Assembly (NCBI GenBank): GCA_050246875.1
Contig: JBFWVF010000001.1
Location: 146,566 to 210,565 of the forward strand
Reading direction: 5' to 3'
Origin: Alphaproteobacteria bacterium
GTDB taxonomy: Bacteria; Pseudomonadota; Alphaproteobacteria; UBA6615
Length of the DNA stretch: 64,000 nt
Position numbers and translations under genes: made by a program. Under the pieces are notes generated by a model. That model worked only from the letters and a program-made list of their open reading frames with translations, was not told the DNA's origin and made no database searches. The stretch's first letter is position 1, and each line of letters opens with the position of its first letter. This document shows positions 29,503 to 39,366 of this stretch, piece by piece.

Positions 29503-30420
29503 TCAGCCGGCCGCCTCCGTCGCCGGGCCAGGCGCGAGCGGCGCGAGGGCGCGCGCGCCGGCCAGCAGGCGCGCGACCAGCGGCGGCATCGGGTCGCGGT
29601 CGAGCGCGACGATGCCGACGCTATGGGCCACCGATGGCCCGGTCAGCGGCACGGCGCGCAGGCCGGCGCTGGCGCCGACGAGGCCGGCGAGCCGCTCCGG
29701 CAGGACGCTGACGAGTTGGCCCGTCTGCACGCTGGCGCAGAGATTGACGAGAGAGTTGGTTTCCAGTTCCGGCACCGGGCGGGCGCCGGCCGCGGCGAAG
29801 GCGGCGTCGACGATGCGGCGGTACTGCATGTCCGGCGTCAGCAGCCCCAGCCGCTCGCCGGCGACATCGGCCCAGCCGACGCCGTTCCGCCCGGCGAAGG
29901 CATGGTCGCCGCGCACGAAGACGCAGTACCGCTCCTCGTAGAGCGGCTGCGCGACGACGTGCTCCAGCGGCTCGTTGTCGAGGTAGGTCAGGCCGGCGTC
30001 GATGGAGAAATCCTCGAGGCCGCGCTGGATCTCGCGCGAACTCTGCGACAGCACCTTGAAGGACAGGCCGGGATGCCGCGCGCGCAACGCGGCCACCATC
30101 GCCGCCGCCGGCGCCAGTGCCGAAGGGATGACACCGACCGTCAGCGTGCCGACCGCCCCCTCCCGCCGCTCGGCCAGCGCCTGGCGCAGCGACTGGTAAT
30201 CCTCGATGATGACACGCGCCCATTTGAGCACCTGCTCGCCGTCGGGCGTCAGGCCGTGGAAGCGCCGGCCGCGCTCGACCAGCGCCACGCCAAGTTCCTG
30301 TTCGAGCTGGCGGATCCGGTCCGACAGCGTCGGCTGGGTGACGCCGCAGGCCGCCGCGGCGCGCGCGAAATGACGCTCGGCGGCAAGCGCGGCGAGGTAT
30401 TCGAGCTGGCGCACATCCAT
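29503..30420 (-). CDS. LysR-family transcriptional regulator
   Basis: Start MDVRQLEYLAALAAERHFARAAAACGVTQPTLSDRIRQLE (HTH) inside track ORF 29503..30525; divergent from the fds operon. Confidence 0.8.
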   Translation of the reverse strand: MDVRQLEYLAALAAERHFARAAAACGVTQPTLSDRIRQLEQELGVALVERGRRFHGLTPDGEQVLKWARVIIEDYQSLRQALAERREGAVGTLTVGVIPSALAPAAAMVAALRARHPGLSFKVLSQSSREIQRGLEDFSIDAGLTYLDNEPLEHVVAQPLYEERYCVFVRGDHAFAGRNGVGWADVAGERLGLLTPDMQYRRIVDAAFAAAGARPVPELETNSLVNLCASVQTGQLVSVLPERLAGLVGASAGLRAVPLTGPSVAHSVGIVALDRDPMPPLVARLLAGARALAPLAPGPATEAAG

Positions 30421-30630
30421 GCCATGTCTCCGTTGGGCAGATCGTGGGATCAGGCAAGTGGGCAACCGATCCCACGGGATACGACAGCGAACAACTATCA
30501 AAATCCCACTATTGATAGTCCACATCTATCATAACATCGAATCAGCCGATTGGAGTCGGTCCCCGGCGCGGCAGTAGTTTGGCGCGGTTTCCGGGACGGT
30601 TCGCTCCCGGCGGCAACGGCGTGGAAGGCG

Positions 30631-31119
30631 ATGACAACGGCGGATACGGCGACTGCGGCGCCCCTTGCGGCGCGCAGCGTGTGCGCACGCCACGGCAACG
30701 ATCCGGCGGCATTGCTGGAAATCCTGCACGACCTGCAGGAAGAGACCGGTTGCGTGCCGCGCGCCGCCATCCCCGACATCGCCGAGGCGCTCAACCTGTC
30801 GCGCGCCGACGTGCTCGGCGTCGTCAGCTTCTACCATGACTTCCGCGAGGCCCCCGCCGGCCGCGTCGTCGTGCGCGTCTGCCGCGCCGAGGCGTGCCAG
30901 GCGGTCGGCGCGCTGGACCTGATCGAGCGCCTCTGCCGGCGCCGCGGCGTGACTCTGGGCGAGACCGCCATCGACGGCGGCGTCACGATCGAGCCGGTCT
31001 ATTGCCTCGGCAACTGCGCGCTGGGCCCGGCGGCGCTGGTCGACGGCGAGCTGTACGGCCGGCTCGATGCGGCGCGCCTCGACGCGCTGATCGACGCCCG
31101 TCTGCGGGGCGCGCGATGA
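30631..31119 (+). CDS. fdsG: NAD-dependent formate dehydrogenase gamma subunit (NuoE-like 2Fe-2S)
   Basis: Start at MTTADTATAAP; Cys ligands ...VCRAEACQ...CLGNCALGPA; ATGA overlap with fdsB. Confidence 0.75.
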   Translation: MTTADTATAAPLAARSVCARHGNDPAALLEILHDLQEETGCVPRAAIPDIAEALNLSRADVLGVVSFYHDFREAPAGRVVVRVCRAEACQAVGALDLIERLCRRRGVTLGETAIDGGVTIEPVYCLGNCALGPAALVDGELYGRLDAARLDALIDARLRGAR

Positions 31120-32672
31120 GCGTCACGATCTACATTTCCAAGGACGCCGCCGCGCTGTCGGTCGGCGCCGACGCCGTCGCCGACGCGGTGGCCCGCGAGG
31201 CCGCCGCGCGCGCCGCCGACATCCGCATCGTGCGCACCGGCACGCGCGGCGCGCTGTGGCTCGAACCGCTGGTCGAGGTCGAGACGCCCGCCGGCCGTAT
31301 CGGCTACGGGCCGGTCGCCGCCGGCGACGTGCCCGCGCTGTTCGCCGCCGGCCTCCTCGACGGCGGCGCGCACGCGCTACGTCTCGGCAAGGTCGACGAC
31401 CTCGACTGGTTCCGCCGCCAGGAGCGGCTGATCTTCGCCCGCACCGGCCTCATCGACCCGCTCGACCTCGACGGATGGAAGGCGCTGGGCGGCCTCGCCG
31501 GCCTGACGAGGGCGGCCGCCATGCCGGCCGCCGACGTGATCACGGCCATCACGGACTCTGGTTTGCGCGGCCGCGGCGGCGCCGGCTTCCCGGCGGGCAT
31601 CAAGTGGCGCACCACGGCCGACACGCCGGGCGCGCAGAAATATGTCTGCTGCAACGCCGACGAGGGCGACAGCGGCACCTTCGCCGACCGCATCCTGATG
31701 GAGGGCGACCCGTTCACCCTGCTCGAGGGCATGGCCATCGCCGGCCTCGCCATCGGCGCGACGCAGGGCTACGTCTACATCCGCTCCGAATACCCGCACG
31801 CCATCGCCACCATGCGCGCGGCGATCGCGGTCTGGGAGCGGGCCGGGCTGCTCGGCGACGACGTGCTCGGCTCGGGCCGCGCCTTCCGCGTCGCCGTGCG
31901 GCGCGGTGCCGGCGCCTATATCTGCGGCGAAGAGTCCTCGATGCTGGAAAGCCTCGAGGGCAAGCGCGGCATGGTGCGCGCCAAGCCGCCGATCCCCGCC
32001 ATCTCCGGCCTGTTCGCGAAGCCGACGCTGATCAACAACGTGCTGACGCTGGCGAGCGTGCCGGCGATCCTCGCACGCGGCGCCGCCGTCTACCGCGACT
32101 TCGGCAGCGGCCGCTCGCGCGGCACCCAGGCGTTCCAGCTCGCCGGCAACATCCGCCGCGGCGGCCTCGTCGAGAAGGCCTTCGGCGTCACGATCCGCGA
32201 ACTGATCGAGGATTTCGGCGGCGGCACCGCCAGCGGCCGGCCCTTCCGCGCCGCCCAGCTCGGCGGTCCGCTCGGCGCCTACGTCGACGACGGCATGCTC
32301 GACCTCGCGATGTACTACGAGGTGCTGGCGGCCAATGCCGCGATGCTCGGCCACGGCGGCATCGTGGTCTTCGACGACAGCGTCGATATGGCGAAGATGG
32401 CGCGCTACGCCTTCGAGTTCTGCGAGATCGAAAGCTGCGGAAAATGCACGCCGTGCCGCATCGGCGCGACGCGCGGCCGCGAGACCGTCGACCGCATCAT
32501 CGCCGGCCGCGACGTCGCGCGGAACCTGGCGCTGGTGGAAGACCTTTGCGAAGTGATGGTGGACGGTTCGCTGTGCGCGATGGGCGGGCTAACGCCGATG
32601 CCTGTCCGCAGCGCGATCCGGCTGTTTCCCGGCGACTTCACGCGCGGCGCCGCGACGCCGCGGGAGGCGTGA
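31116..32672 (+). CDS. fdsB: NAD-dependent formate dehydrogenase beta subunit (NuoF-like; FMN, NAD and 4Fe-4S binding)
   Basis: 519 aa MSVTIYISKD...; GRGGAGFPAGIKW, ICGEESSMLESLEGKRG, ESCGKCTPCR motifs. Confidence 0.9.
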   Translation: MSVTIYISKDAAALSVGADAVADAVAREAAARAADIRIVRTGTRGALWLEPLVEVETPAGRIGYGPVAAGDVPALFAAGLLDGGAHALRLGKVDDLDWFRRQERLIFARTGLIDPLDLDGWKALGGLAGLTRAAAMPAADVITAITDSGLRGRGGAGFPAGIKWRTTADTPGAQKYVCCNADEGDSGTFADRILMEGDPFTLLEGMAIAGLAIGATQGYVYIRSEYPHAIATMRAAIAVWERAGLLGDDVLGSGRAFRVAVRRGAGAYICGEESSMLESLEGKRGMVRAKPPIPAISGLFAKPTLINNVLTLASVPAILARGAAVYRDFGSGRSRGTQAFQLAGNIRRGGLVEKAFGVTIRELIEDFGGGTASGRPFRAAQLGGPLGAYVDDGMLDLAMYYEVLAANAAMLGHGGIVVFDDSVDMAKMARYAFEFCEIESCGKCTPCRIGATRGRETVDRIIAGRDVARNLALVEDLCEVMVDGSLCAMGGLTPMPVRSAIRLFPGDFTRGAATPREA

Positions 32673-32674
32673 CC

Positions 32675-35524
32675 ATGGGCATTCTCAAGGAACCCGACTA
32701 CGGCACCCCGCGCCGCGCCGCTGAAGCGACGGTGACGCTGGAGATCGACGGCCGCGCTGTCACCGTGCCCGAGGGCACGTCCGTGATGCGCGCCGCGCGC
32801 AGCATCGCCCAGGACATCCCGAGCCTGTGCGCGACGGACTCCGTCGAGGCTTTCGGCTCCTGCCGCCTATGCCTCGTCGAGATCGACGGCGTGCGTGGCA
32901 CGCCCGCGTCCTGCACCACGCCGGTGCGCGCCGGCATGAAGGTGACGACGCAGTCCGACCGCCTCGCGCGCATCCGCCGCGGCGTCATGGAACTCTACAT
33001 TTCCGACCACCCGCTCGACTGCCTCACCTGCCCGGCCAACGGCGATTGCGAGCTGCAGGACCGCGCCGGCGAGGTCGGCCTGCGCGAGGTGCGCTACGGC
33101 TACGACGGCGACAACCACTTCCAGCCGGACGTGGCGCCGGCGGTCGATGCGTCGAACCCCTACTTCGCCTTCGACGGCTCCAAGTGCATCGTCTGCTCGC
33201 GCTGCGTGCGCGCCTGCGCCGAAACGCAGGGCACCTTCGCGCTGACTGTCGAGGGCCGCGGCTTCGCCTCGAAGATCGCCACCGGCGGCGCCGACTTCTT
33301 CTCCTCCGAGTGCGTCTCCTGCGGCGCCTGCGTGCAGGCCTGCCCGACCGCGACGCTGTCGGAGAAGTCGGTCATCGAGCATGGCGTGCCGAGCCGCACC
33401 GTGCTGACGACCTGCGCCTATTGCGGCGTCGGCTGCTCCTTCAAGGCCGAACTGCAGGGCGACAAGGTGGTCCGCATGGTCCCGTACAAGGACGGCGGCG
33501 CCAACGAGGGCCATTCCTGCGTCAAGGGCCGTTTCGCCTGGGGTTACGCCACGCACAAGGACCGTGTGACGACACCGATGATCCGCGAGCGCATCACCGA
33601 TCCGTGGCGCGCCGTCTCCTGGGACGAGGCCATCGCCTTCACGGCCGGCCGCTTCAAGGCCATCCAGGCGCAGTACGGCAGGGAGTCGATCGGCGGCATC
33701 ACCTCCTCGCGCTGCACCAACGAGGAGGTCTTCGTCGTCCAGAAGTTGGTGCGCGCCGCCTTCACCAACAACAATGTCGACACCTGCGCCCGCGTCTGCC
33801 ACTCGCCGACCGGCTACGGCCTCAAGACCACGCTTGGCACCTCGGCCGGCACGCAGGACTTCAAGTCGGTGGCCAAGGCCGACGTCATCATGATCATCGG
33901 CGCCAATCCCACCGACGGCCATCCGGTGTTCGCCTCGCGCATGAAGCGGCGCCTGCGCCAGGGCGCCAAGCTGATCGTCATCGATCCGCGCCGCACCGAC
34001 ATCGTGCGCAGTCCGCACATCGAGGCGACGCACCATATCCCGCTGCGTCCCGGCACCAACGTCGCCGTGCTCAACGCCCTCGGCCACGTCGTCGTCACCG
34101 AGGGGCTGGTCGACGAGGCGTATGTCGCCGAGCGTTGCGACCTCGCCGAGTTCGCCCGCTGGCGCGACTTCGTGGCCAAGCCGCACAATTCGCCCGAGGC
34201 GCTGGCCGAGAAGATCGGCGTCGATGCGGAAACGCTGCGCGCCGCCGCCCGGCTCTATGCCACCGGCGGCAACGCCGCCATCTACTACGGCCTCGGCGTC
34301 ACCGAGCACAGCCAGGGCTCGACCATGGTGATGGCCATGGCCAACCTCGCCATGGCCACCGGCAACATCGGCCGCGAGGGCGTCGGCCTCAACCCGCTGC
34401 GCGGCCAGAACAACGTGCAGGGCTCGTGCGACATGGGCTCCTTCCCGCACGAGTTGTCGGGCTACCGTCACGTCTCCGACACCGCGACGCGCACGCTGTT
34501 CGAGGGCGACTGGGGCGTCGGCATCTCGCCGGAGCCCGGCCTGCGCATTCCCAACATGCTCGCCGCCGCCGTCGACGGCACCTTCAAGGGCCTGTTCGTC
34601 CAGGGCGAGGACATTGCCCAGTCCGACCCCGACACCCGCCACGTCACGGCCGGCCTCGCGGCCATGGACTGCGTCGTGGTGCAGGACCTGTTCCTCAACG
34701 AGACCGCCGCCTACGCGCACGTCTTCCTGCCCGGCACCTCGTTCCTCGAGAAGGACGGCACCTTCACCAACGCCGAGCGGCGCATCAACCGCGTCCGCCC
34801 GGTGATGAAGGAGGCGACCGGCCTGCCCGAGTGGGAGGTTTCCTGCCGCCTCGCCCGCGCCATGGGCTACGACATGCATTACGACAGTGCCGCCGAGATC
34901 ATGGACGAGATCGCCCGTCTCACGCCGACCTTCAAGGGCGTCAGCTTCGCCCGCCTCGACGCCGAGGGCTCGATGCAGTGGCCGGTCAACGACGCCTCGC
35001 CGAACGGCACGCCGATCATGCATGTCGCCGGCTTCGTGCGCGGCAAGGGCCGTTTCATGATCACCGAGTACGTGCCGACCGAGGAGCGCACCACGCGCTA
35101 CTACCCGCTGATCCTCACCACCGGCCGCATCCTGTCGCAGTACAATGTCGGCCAGCAGACGCGGCGCACCGAGAACGTGCGCTGGCATCACGAGGATGTG
35201 CTGGAGATCCATCCCTTCGACGCCGAGGAACGCGGCATCGCCGAGGGCGACAGCGTCTCGGTGGCGAGCCGCAAGGGCGCCACGACGCTGCGCGCCGTCA
35301 TTACCGAGCGCGTGCCGCAGGGGGTTATCTACACCACCTTCCACTTCCCCGGCAGCGGCGTGAACGTGGTGACGACCGAGTATTCCGACTGGGCCACCAA
35401 CTGCCCCGAATACAAGGTGACGGCGGTGCAGGTGACGCGGGCCAACGCGCCGTCCGACTGGCAGCGCGAGCACGACGAGATCGAGCGCACGCACTACGCC
35501 GTGCGGGCCGATGCCGCGGAATGA
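32675..35524 (+). CDS. fdsA: NAD-dependent formate dehydrogenase alpha subunit (molybdopterin, NuoG-like N-terminus)
   Basis: 949 aa MGILKEPDYG...; 2Fe-2S and 4Fe-4S cysteine clusters then a Mo-bisPGD domain; no in-frame TGA, so Cys- rather than Sec-type; track ORF 31256..35524 carries a spurious 473-codon N-terminal extension. Confidence 0.9.
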   Translation: MGILKEPDYGTPRRAAEATVTLEIDGRAVTVPEGTSVMRAARSIAQDIPSLCATDSVEAFGSCRLCLVEIDGVRGTPASCTTPVRAGMKVTTQSDRLARIRRGVMELYISDHPLDCLTCPANGDCELQDRAGEVGLREVRYGYDGDNHFQPDVAPAVDASNPYFAFDGSKCIVCSRCVRACAETQGTFALTVEGRGFASKIATGGADFFSSECVSCGACVQACPTATLSEKSVIEHGVPSRTVLTTCAYCGVGCSFKAELQGDKVVRMVPYKDGGANEGHSCVKGRFAWGYATHKDRVTTPMIRERITDPWRAVSWDEAIAFTAGRFKAIQAQYGRESIGGITSSRCTNEEVFVVQKLVRAAFTNNNVDTCARVCHSPTGYGLKTTLGTSAGTQDFKSVAKADVIMIIGANPTDGHPVFASRMKRRLRQGAKLIVIDPRRTDIVRSPHIEATHHIPLRPGTNVAVLNALGHVVVTEGLVDEAYVAERCDLAEFARWRDFVAKPHNSPEALAEKIGVDAETLRAAARLYATGGNAAIYYGLGVTEHSQGSTMVMAMANLAMATGNIGREGVGLNPLRGQNNVQGSCDMGSFPHELSGYRHVSDTATRTLFEGDWGVGISPEPGLRIPNMLAAAVDGTFKGLFVQGEDIAQSDPDTRHVTAGLAAMDCVVVQDLFLNETAAYAHVFLPGTSFLEKDGTFTNAERRINRVRPVMKEATGLPEWEVSCRLARAMGYDMHYDSAAEIMDEIARLTPTFKGVSFARLDAEGSMQWPVNDASPNGTPIMHVAGFVRGKGRFMITEYVPTEERTTRYYPLILTTGRILSQYNVGQQTRRTENVRWHHEDVLEIHPFDAEERGIAEGDSVSVASRKGATTLRAVITERVPQGVIYTTFHFPGSGVNVVTTEYSDWATNCPEYKVTAVQVTRANAPSDWQREHDEIERTHYAVRADAAE

Positions 35525-36332
35525 GCCCATCCCCGGCGACGCGCCGACTCTGACGGCGGACGGCCACGCCGTCGCGCCGTCGGGCGAGCGCGACGTGCGC
35601 TGGACGCTCGCCGAGGAGACGCCGGCCGCCCTGCTCTACAACGGCGAGTCCTTCGCCGTGATGATGGTCAGCCCCGCCGACCTCGAGGACTTCGCCGTCG
35701 GCTTCTCGCTGACCGAGGGCATCGTGCGGCGGGCCTGCGAGATCGCCTCCGTGCGCGTCGCGCCGGCGCATGACGGCTTCATCGTCAACATCGCCGTCGA
35801 CCCTGCCGATCTCGAACGCGCCGCCGCGCGCAAGCGCAGCATCCCCGGCCGCTCCGGCTGCGGCATCTGCGGCGCCCAGACCATCGGCGCCGCCGTGCCG
35901 CCGCCGCCGCGCGTGGCGGGCGCGCACCCGACGGCGGCCGCCGTGGCGCGCGCCATCGAGGCGTTCCCGGCACGCCAGCCGGTCAACGCCGCCAGCCACT
36001 CGACCCACGCCGCCGCCTTCTGCCGCCGCGACGGCACGATCGAGCGCGTGCGCGAGGACATCGGCCGCCACAACGCCCTCGACAAGCTGGTCGGCGCGCT
36101 GGCCCGCGATGGCCGGGACGCACGCGACGGCTTCGTCCTGCTGTCGAGCCGGCTGTCGGTGGAGCTTGTCTACAAGGCCGCCGTGGCCGGCGCGCCCTTC
36201 GTCGCCAGCCTGTCGGCGCCGACCGGCCTCGCGCTGCGCACCGCGCGCCGCGCCGGCATGGGCGTGGCGGCGCGCGGCGAGGGCGGCATCGTCATGTTCG
36301 ACACGTCGGGTCGCGAGGGAGCGGCGGCATGA
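35511..36332 (+). CDS. fdhD: Formate dehydrogenase accessory sulfurtransferase FdhD/FdsC
   Basis: 273 aa; GRSGCGICG motif and HNALDKLVG. Confidence 0.85.
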   Translation: MPRNEPIPGDAPTLTADGHAVAPSGERDVRWTLAEETPAALLYNGESFAVMMVSPADLEDFAVGFSLTEGIVRRACEIASVRVAPAHDGFIVNIAVDPADLERAAARKRSIPGRSGCGICGAQTIGAAVPPPPRVAGAHPTAAAVARAIEAFPARQPVNAASHSTHAAAFCRRDGTIERVREDIGRHNALDKLVGALARDGRDARDGFVLLSSRLSVELVYKAAVAGAPFVASLSAPTGLALRTARRAGMGVAARGEGGIVMFDTSGREGAAA

Positions 36333-36550
36333 AGACCGGGCAGATGGTCCACATGGCCAACCAGATCGCCGCCTTCTTCCAGGCCTACCCGCACGACGAG
36401 GCGGTCGAAGGTGTGCGCAAGCACATCCTCGACTTCTGGGAGCCGCGCATGCGCCGCCAGCTCCTCGACCACCTCGCCGCCGGCGGCGACGGCCTCGCGC
36501 CGCTGGTGCGCGAGGCGGCGGGCGGGCTGATGGAGAAGCCGAAAAATTAG
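36329..36550 (+). CDS. fdsD: Formate dehydrogenase delta subunit
   Basis: 73 aa MKTGQMVHMANQIAAFFQAYPHDEAVEGVRKHILDFWEPRMRRQL typical FdsD. Confidence 0.75.
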   Translation: MKTGQMVHMANQIAAFFQAYPHDEAVEGVRKHILDFWEPRMRRQLLDHLAAGGDGLAPLVREAAGGLMEKPKN

Positions 36551-36555
36551 CGGCT

Positions 36556-37359
36556 CTATCGCCGCCGCCGGTAGGTTCGCAGTTCCTCGGGCGAAATCTG
36601 ATCGGCGGGAACGAGCCGGTAGTGGCGCTCGTCGACGACCCGAACCTCATCGTCATCGATCGTCAGTTCGAACAATGCAATCAGATCGTCGGCCATGAAT
36701 TGGGTGGAGATAGCGCGGCACACGAGGCTCGGAAATTTCTCCGAGCAGCAATCGATGTCTTGTTGCGTCTGCAGGACGGACAGTTGGTCCGTTCCACCCT
36801 TCGCTTGTACCGGTATGACGTATTGGCATCCCTGCCGGTCGATTCCGACATAAATCTCGTCGATCTCGATCTGACCGGTACCGCGTACGGTCGTACGTAA
36901 ATGATTTTGCAAAGAGTAGGACGCAATACCCAGGAAAATATCGATCAATCGGTTGTAACGGACCTTTGCGAGTAGCGCCTGTTCGTCGGACAGCGCATGC
37001 GCCGTTACGATCTCGGGCGTCGCGTTCGGCACTTTGATCGCAACGAGATTCGGATTTGGGCGAATACGATTCAGGGTGACGAGGGCGAACTCGTAGGCCG
37101 CTCGTCCAGTGCCCTTGATAACCCATTCTTTTCCGGCTGGCTGTGTCGCAAGTATCGTTTCTGGCATTGGCGTCCGGTAACGAAGCGAATAGACGACATC
37201 GCCAAGGTTCTTCGGAAGACGGATTTCCAGGGTCGAGGCGGCCTCCTCGATATCGACCCGACGAAACGGCAGTCGATCGGAAGTACGACGATACCGATCA
37301 AAAAAAAATTTCTCGATCAGTCGCTTGTAGATGTTAGGGCGCTCGTCGCGCTTAGGCAT
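36556..37359 (-). CDS. Putative type II restriction endonuclease (PD-(D/E)XK-like), cognate to the adjacent m5C methyltransferase
   Basis: 267 aa from MPKRDERPNIYKRLIEK; starts 2 nt after the MTase stop; candidate catalytic segment IEIDEIYVGID...VIPVQAKGG; lower GC; no family assignable by eye. Confidence 0.5.
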   Translation of the reverse strand: MPKRDERPNIYKRLIEKFFFDRYRRTSDRLPFRRVDIEEAASTLEIRLPKNLGDVVYSLRYRTPMPETILATQPAGKEWVIKGTGRAAYEFALVTLNRIRPNPNLVAIKVPNATPEIVTAHALSDEQALLAKVRYNRLIDIFLGIASYSLQNHLRTTVRGTGQIEIDEIYVGIDRQGCQYVIPVQAKGGTDQLSVLQTQQDIDCCSEKFPSLVCRAISTQFMADDLIALFELTIDDDEVRVVDERHYRLVPADQISPEELRTYRRRR

Positions 37360-38695
37360 GGACGCCACTCGTCGAACCGTTGCGAACGGCTTCGATGTCC
37401 GCCTGCTTGCGCTTGCGTGCGCCGCTCTTCCGATCCCGTCGGCCAATGGGGGCGGGAATGCCGAAATAGGCGCACGCTTCCGACATACCTAGACGCAACA
37501 ACTCCGGATCGCCCAATTCGAGAGTCGTACTCGGCCTGGTCGGACGAACGCCGAGAGCGGATAAAACTTCTTGTGCGACGGCTCTGGCGAGCGGCGGCGG
37601 GACAGCGTTACCGACTTGCCGAGCGCCATGCCATTTCGTTGCATGAAAGCGAAACCAATCCGGAAACCCATGCAAACGGGCCATCTCGCGAACGGTCACA
37701 CACCGTGGCGCTCGATAGTGGATCGGACGTGGACTCGTAAAGGCGCCACGAGCCGAATCGGTCCCCGCTCGCAAAGTGTTCGATACTCCGTGTGCGGACA
37801 GGCGGAAAAAGCGGGAGATCGGCTCGACCTCGCCGGGCGCGGTCTCGGCAAACCGGCGTCGCGATATCTCGGAGTGACCCGTTCTCATACTGGAGGTGAG
37901 AATAGCTGGATCCCATAGCCTAGGGTATCCGTACCCCCACGATTCATTGTCGAGACAACGCATAGTTCGCGCGTAAGGACTGGCTTCGCCCCAATCGGCG
38001 ACCCGCACGAAGTCGCCGTCGATCAACTCGGGCCAGCGCTCGGGATCGGGCAAGTCGGACAGCGCATCGAGGCACGTCGGGCCGTCCGAAAGAAATGCAT
38101 CGGACGTCCGCGAGCGACGATTCGTCGAACGTGTCGTCGGGTCCGGATACTTCGGCAACGCGCAACCGAACCGCGCGCCGACAAGAAAAAGGCGCTCCCG
38201 ATCCTGCGGCACGCCATAGGACGAGGCGTTCAAGACGCGCCAGGGGGAAAGCACGCGGTATCCGATTTCCCGGAATGCCCAGATTACTTCATCGAGGAAC
38301 GCCCGGTGCCGCCCAACCGTCAAACCCTTGACATTCTCGAACACGAAGTACGTTGGCTCTAGCTCCGCAACGATGCGGACAAACTCGCGGACGAGAGAGT
38401 TTCGCGGATCGTCGAGGGCACGATGTCCAATCAGCGAGAACCCTTGGCAGGGTGCTCCTCCGAACACGACATCGACGCGGCGGTCGCCTATTCCGGCCGT
38501 GCGACGGATTTCGGTACCGGTCAATCCTACGACCGAACGGGGAATAACTGCGCAGCGGGGAAAGTTGAACTTGTGGATCGCAGCATGGATGGGGTCGTAC
38601 TCGGCAGCGGCCACGACATCGAAGCCGGCCTGCTCGAAACCGAGACTGAGGCCACCCGCCCCGGAAAACAGGTCTATTCCGATCGGTCGGCGCAT
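37352..38695 (-). CDS. DNA (cytosine-5)-methyltransferase
   Basis: 447 aa; motif I DLFSGAGG, motif IV GGAPCQGFS, motif VI ENV, motif X QVGNAVPPPLA. Confidence 0.9.
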   Translation of the reverse strand: MRRPIGIDLFSGAGGLSLGFEQAGFDVVAAAEYDPIHAAIHKFNFPRCAVIPRSVVGLTGTEIRRTAGIGDRRVDVVFGGAPCQGFSLIGHRALDDPRNSLVREFVRIVAELEPTYFVFENVKGLTVGRHRAFLDEVIWAFREIGYRVLSPWRVLNASSYGVPQDRERLFLVGARFGCALPKYPDPTTRSTNRRSRTSDAFLSDGPTCLDALSDLPDPERWPELIDGDFVRVADWGEASPYARTMRCLDNESWGYGYPRLWDPAILTSSMRTGHSEISRRRFAETAPGEVEPISRFFRLSAHGVSNTLRAGTDSARGAFTSPRPIHYRAPRCVTVREMARLHGFPDWFRFHATKWHGARQVGNAVPPPLARAVAQEVLSALGVRPTRPSTTLELGDPELLRLGMSEACAYFGIPAPIGRRDRKSGARKRKQADIEAVRNGSTSGVHA

Positions 38696-38765
38696 CGTTG
38701 GTCCTCTCGACCGTGATCGTTCTTATTTTGTTCCGAAACTCGTCCCCGGTGCAAGGATCGAAGCC

Positions 38766-39173
38766 TCAGCACTCGAGGAAAGCGACCACGCGCGATAGGG
38801 CTTCCTCTGGAGCCCGCAATTCGCACTGCCAAACGACGAATACATCCCACCCTGCCGACTGCAACTCTCTTGTCTTCCGTACGTCGCGTGCCCGATTCGC
38901 GGCGATCTTCGGTATCCAGTATTCCCTGCGACTCTTCGGCAATAGGCCCCAACGGCATCCGTGGCCATGCCAAAAGCAACCGTTGACGAACACGACCTTC
39001 CTTCGCCTAGGAAACGCGATGTCGGGGGAACCGGGCAAAGTTCGTACGTGCAGACGAAATCGATAGCCGGCTCGATGCAACAATTTGCGGAGAACCAACT
39101 CGGGGCCGGTATTGCGCGTACCGACGCTGGCCATTATCGCGCTGCGAACCGGGGAGGAAACACGATCGACCAT
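38766..39173 (-). CDS. vsr: Very short patch repair endonuclease
   Basis: Start at MVDRVSS; TRNTGPELVLRKLLHRAGYRFRLH...PDIAF...VFVNGCFWHGH...DVFVVWQCEL match the Vsr family; internal start of track ORF 38766..39374. Confidence 0.85.
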   Translation of the reverse strand: MVDRVSSPVRSAIMASVGTRNTGPELVLRKLLHRAGYRFRLHVRTLPGSPDIAFPRRRKVVFVNGCFWHGHGCRWGLLPKSRREYWIPKIAANRARDVRKTRELQSAGWDVFVVWQCELRAPEEALSRVVAFLEC

Positions 39174-39366
39174 CGATCGATTGTAACGTGGTATCGTGAC
39201 CGTCGTTAGGCCGTTACGAGCTGGCACAAAGCCCCGACCCGCCGGCGCAAGGCGGCGGGCGATTTGCGCGTGTTGCGCCTCGTCCGGGACGACGGCCAAC
39301 GCATACAAATCCCCATCGAATCCATCCGCTATACTCGCGCCTTCGATCCACGGGAGCGCGCGCGGG

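Noticed and set aside
31256-35524. 1422-aa ORF suggesting a giant fused dehydrogenase
   Set aside because: It is in frame with fdsA but its first 473 codons are an alternative open frame across fdsB; fdsA starts at ATG 32675, directly after the fdsB stop
32675-35524. Possible selenocysteine (TGA) in the formate dehydrogenase alpha subunit
   Set aside because: The ORF is uninterrupted with no in-frame TGA and no SECIS-like hairpin, so it is a Cys-type FdsA
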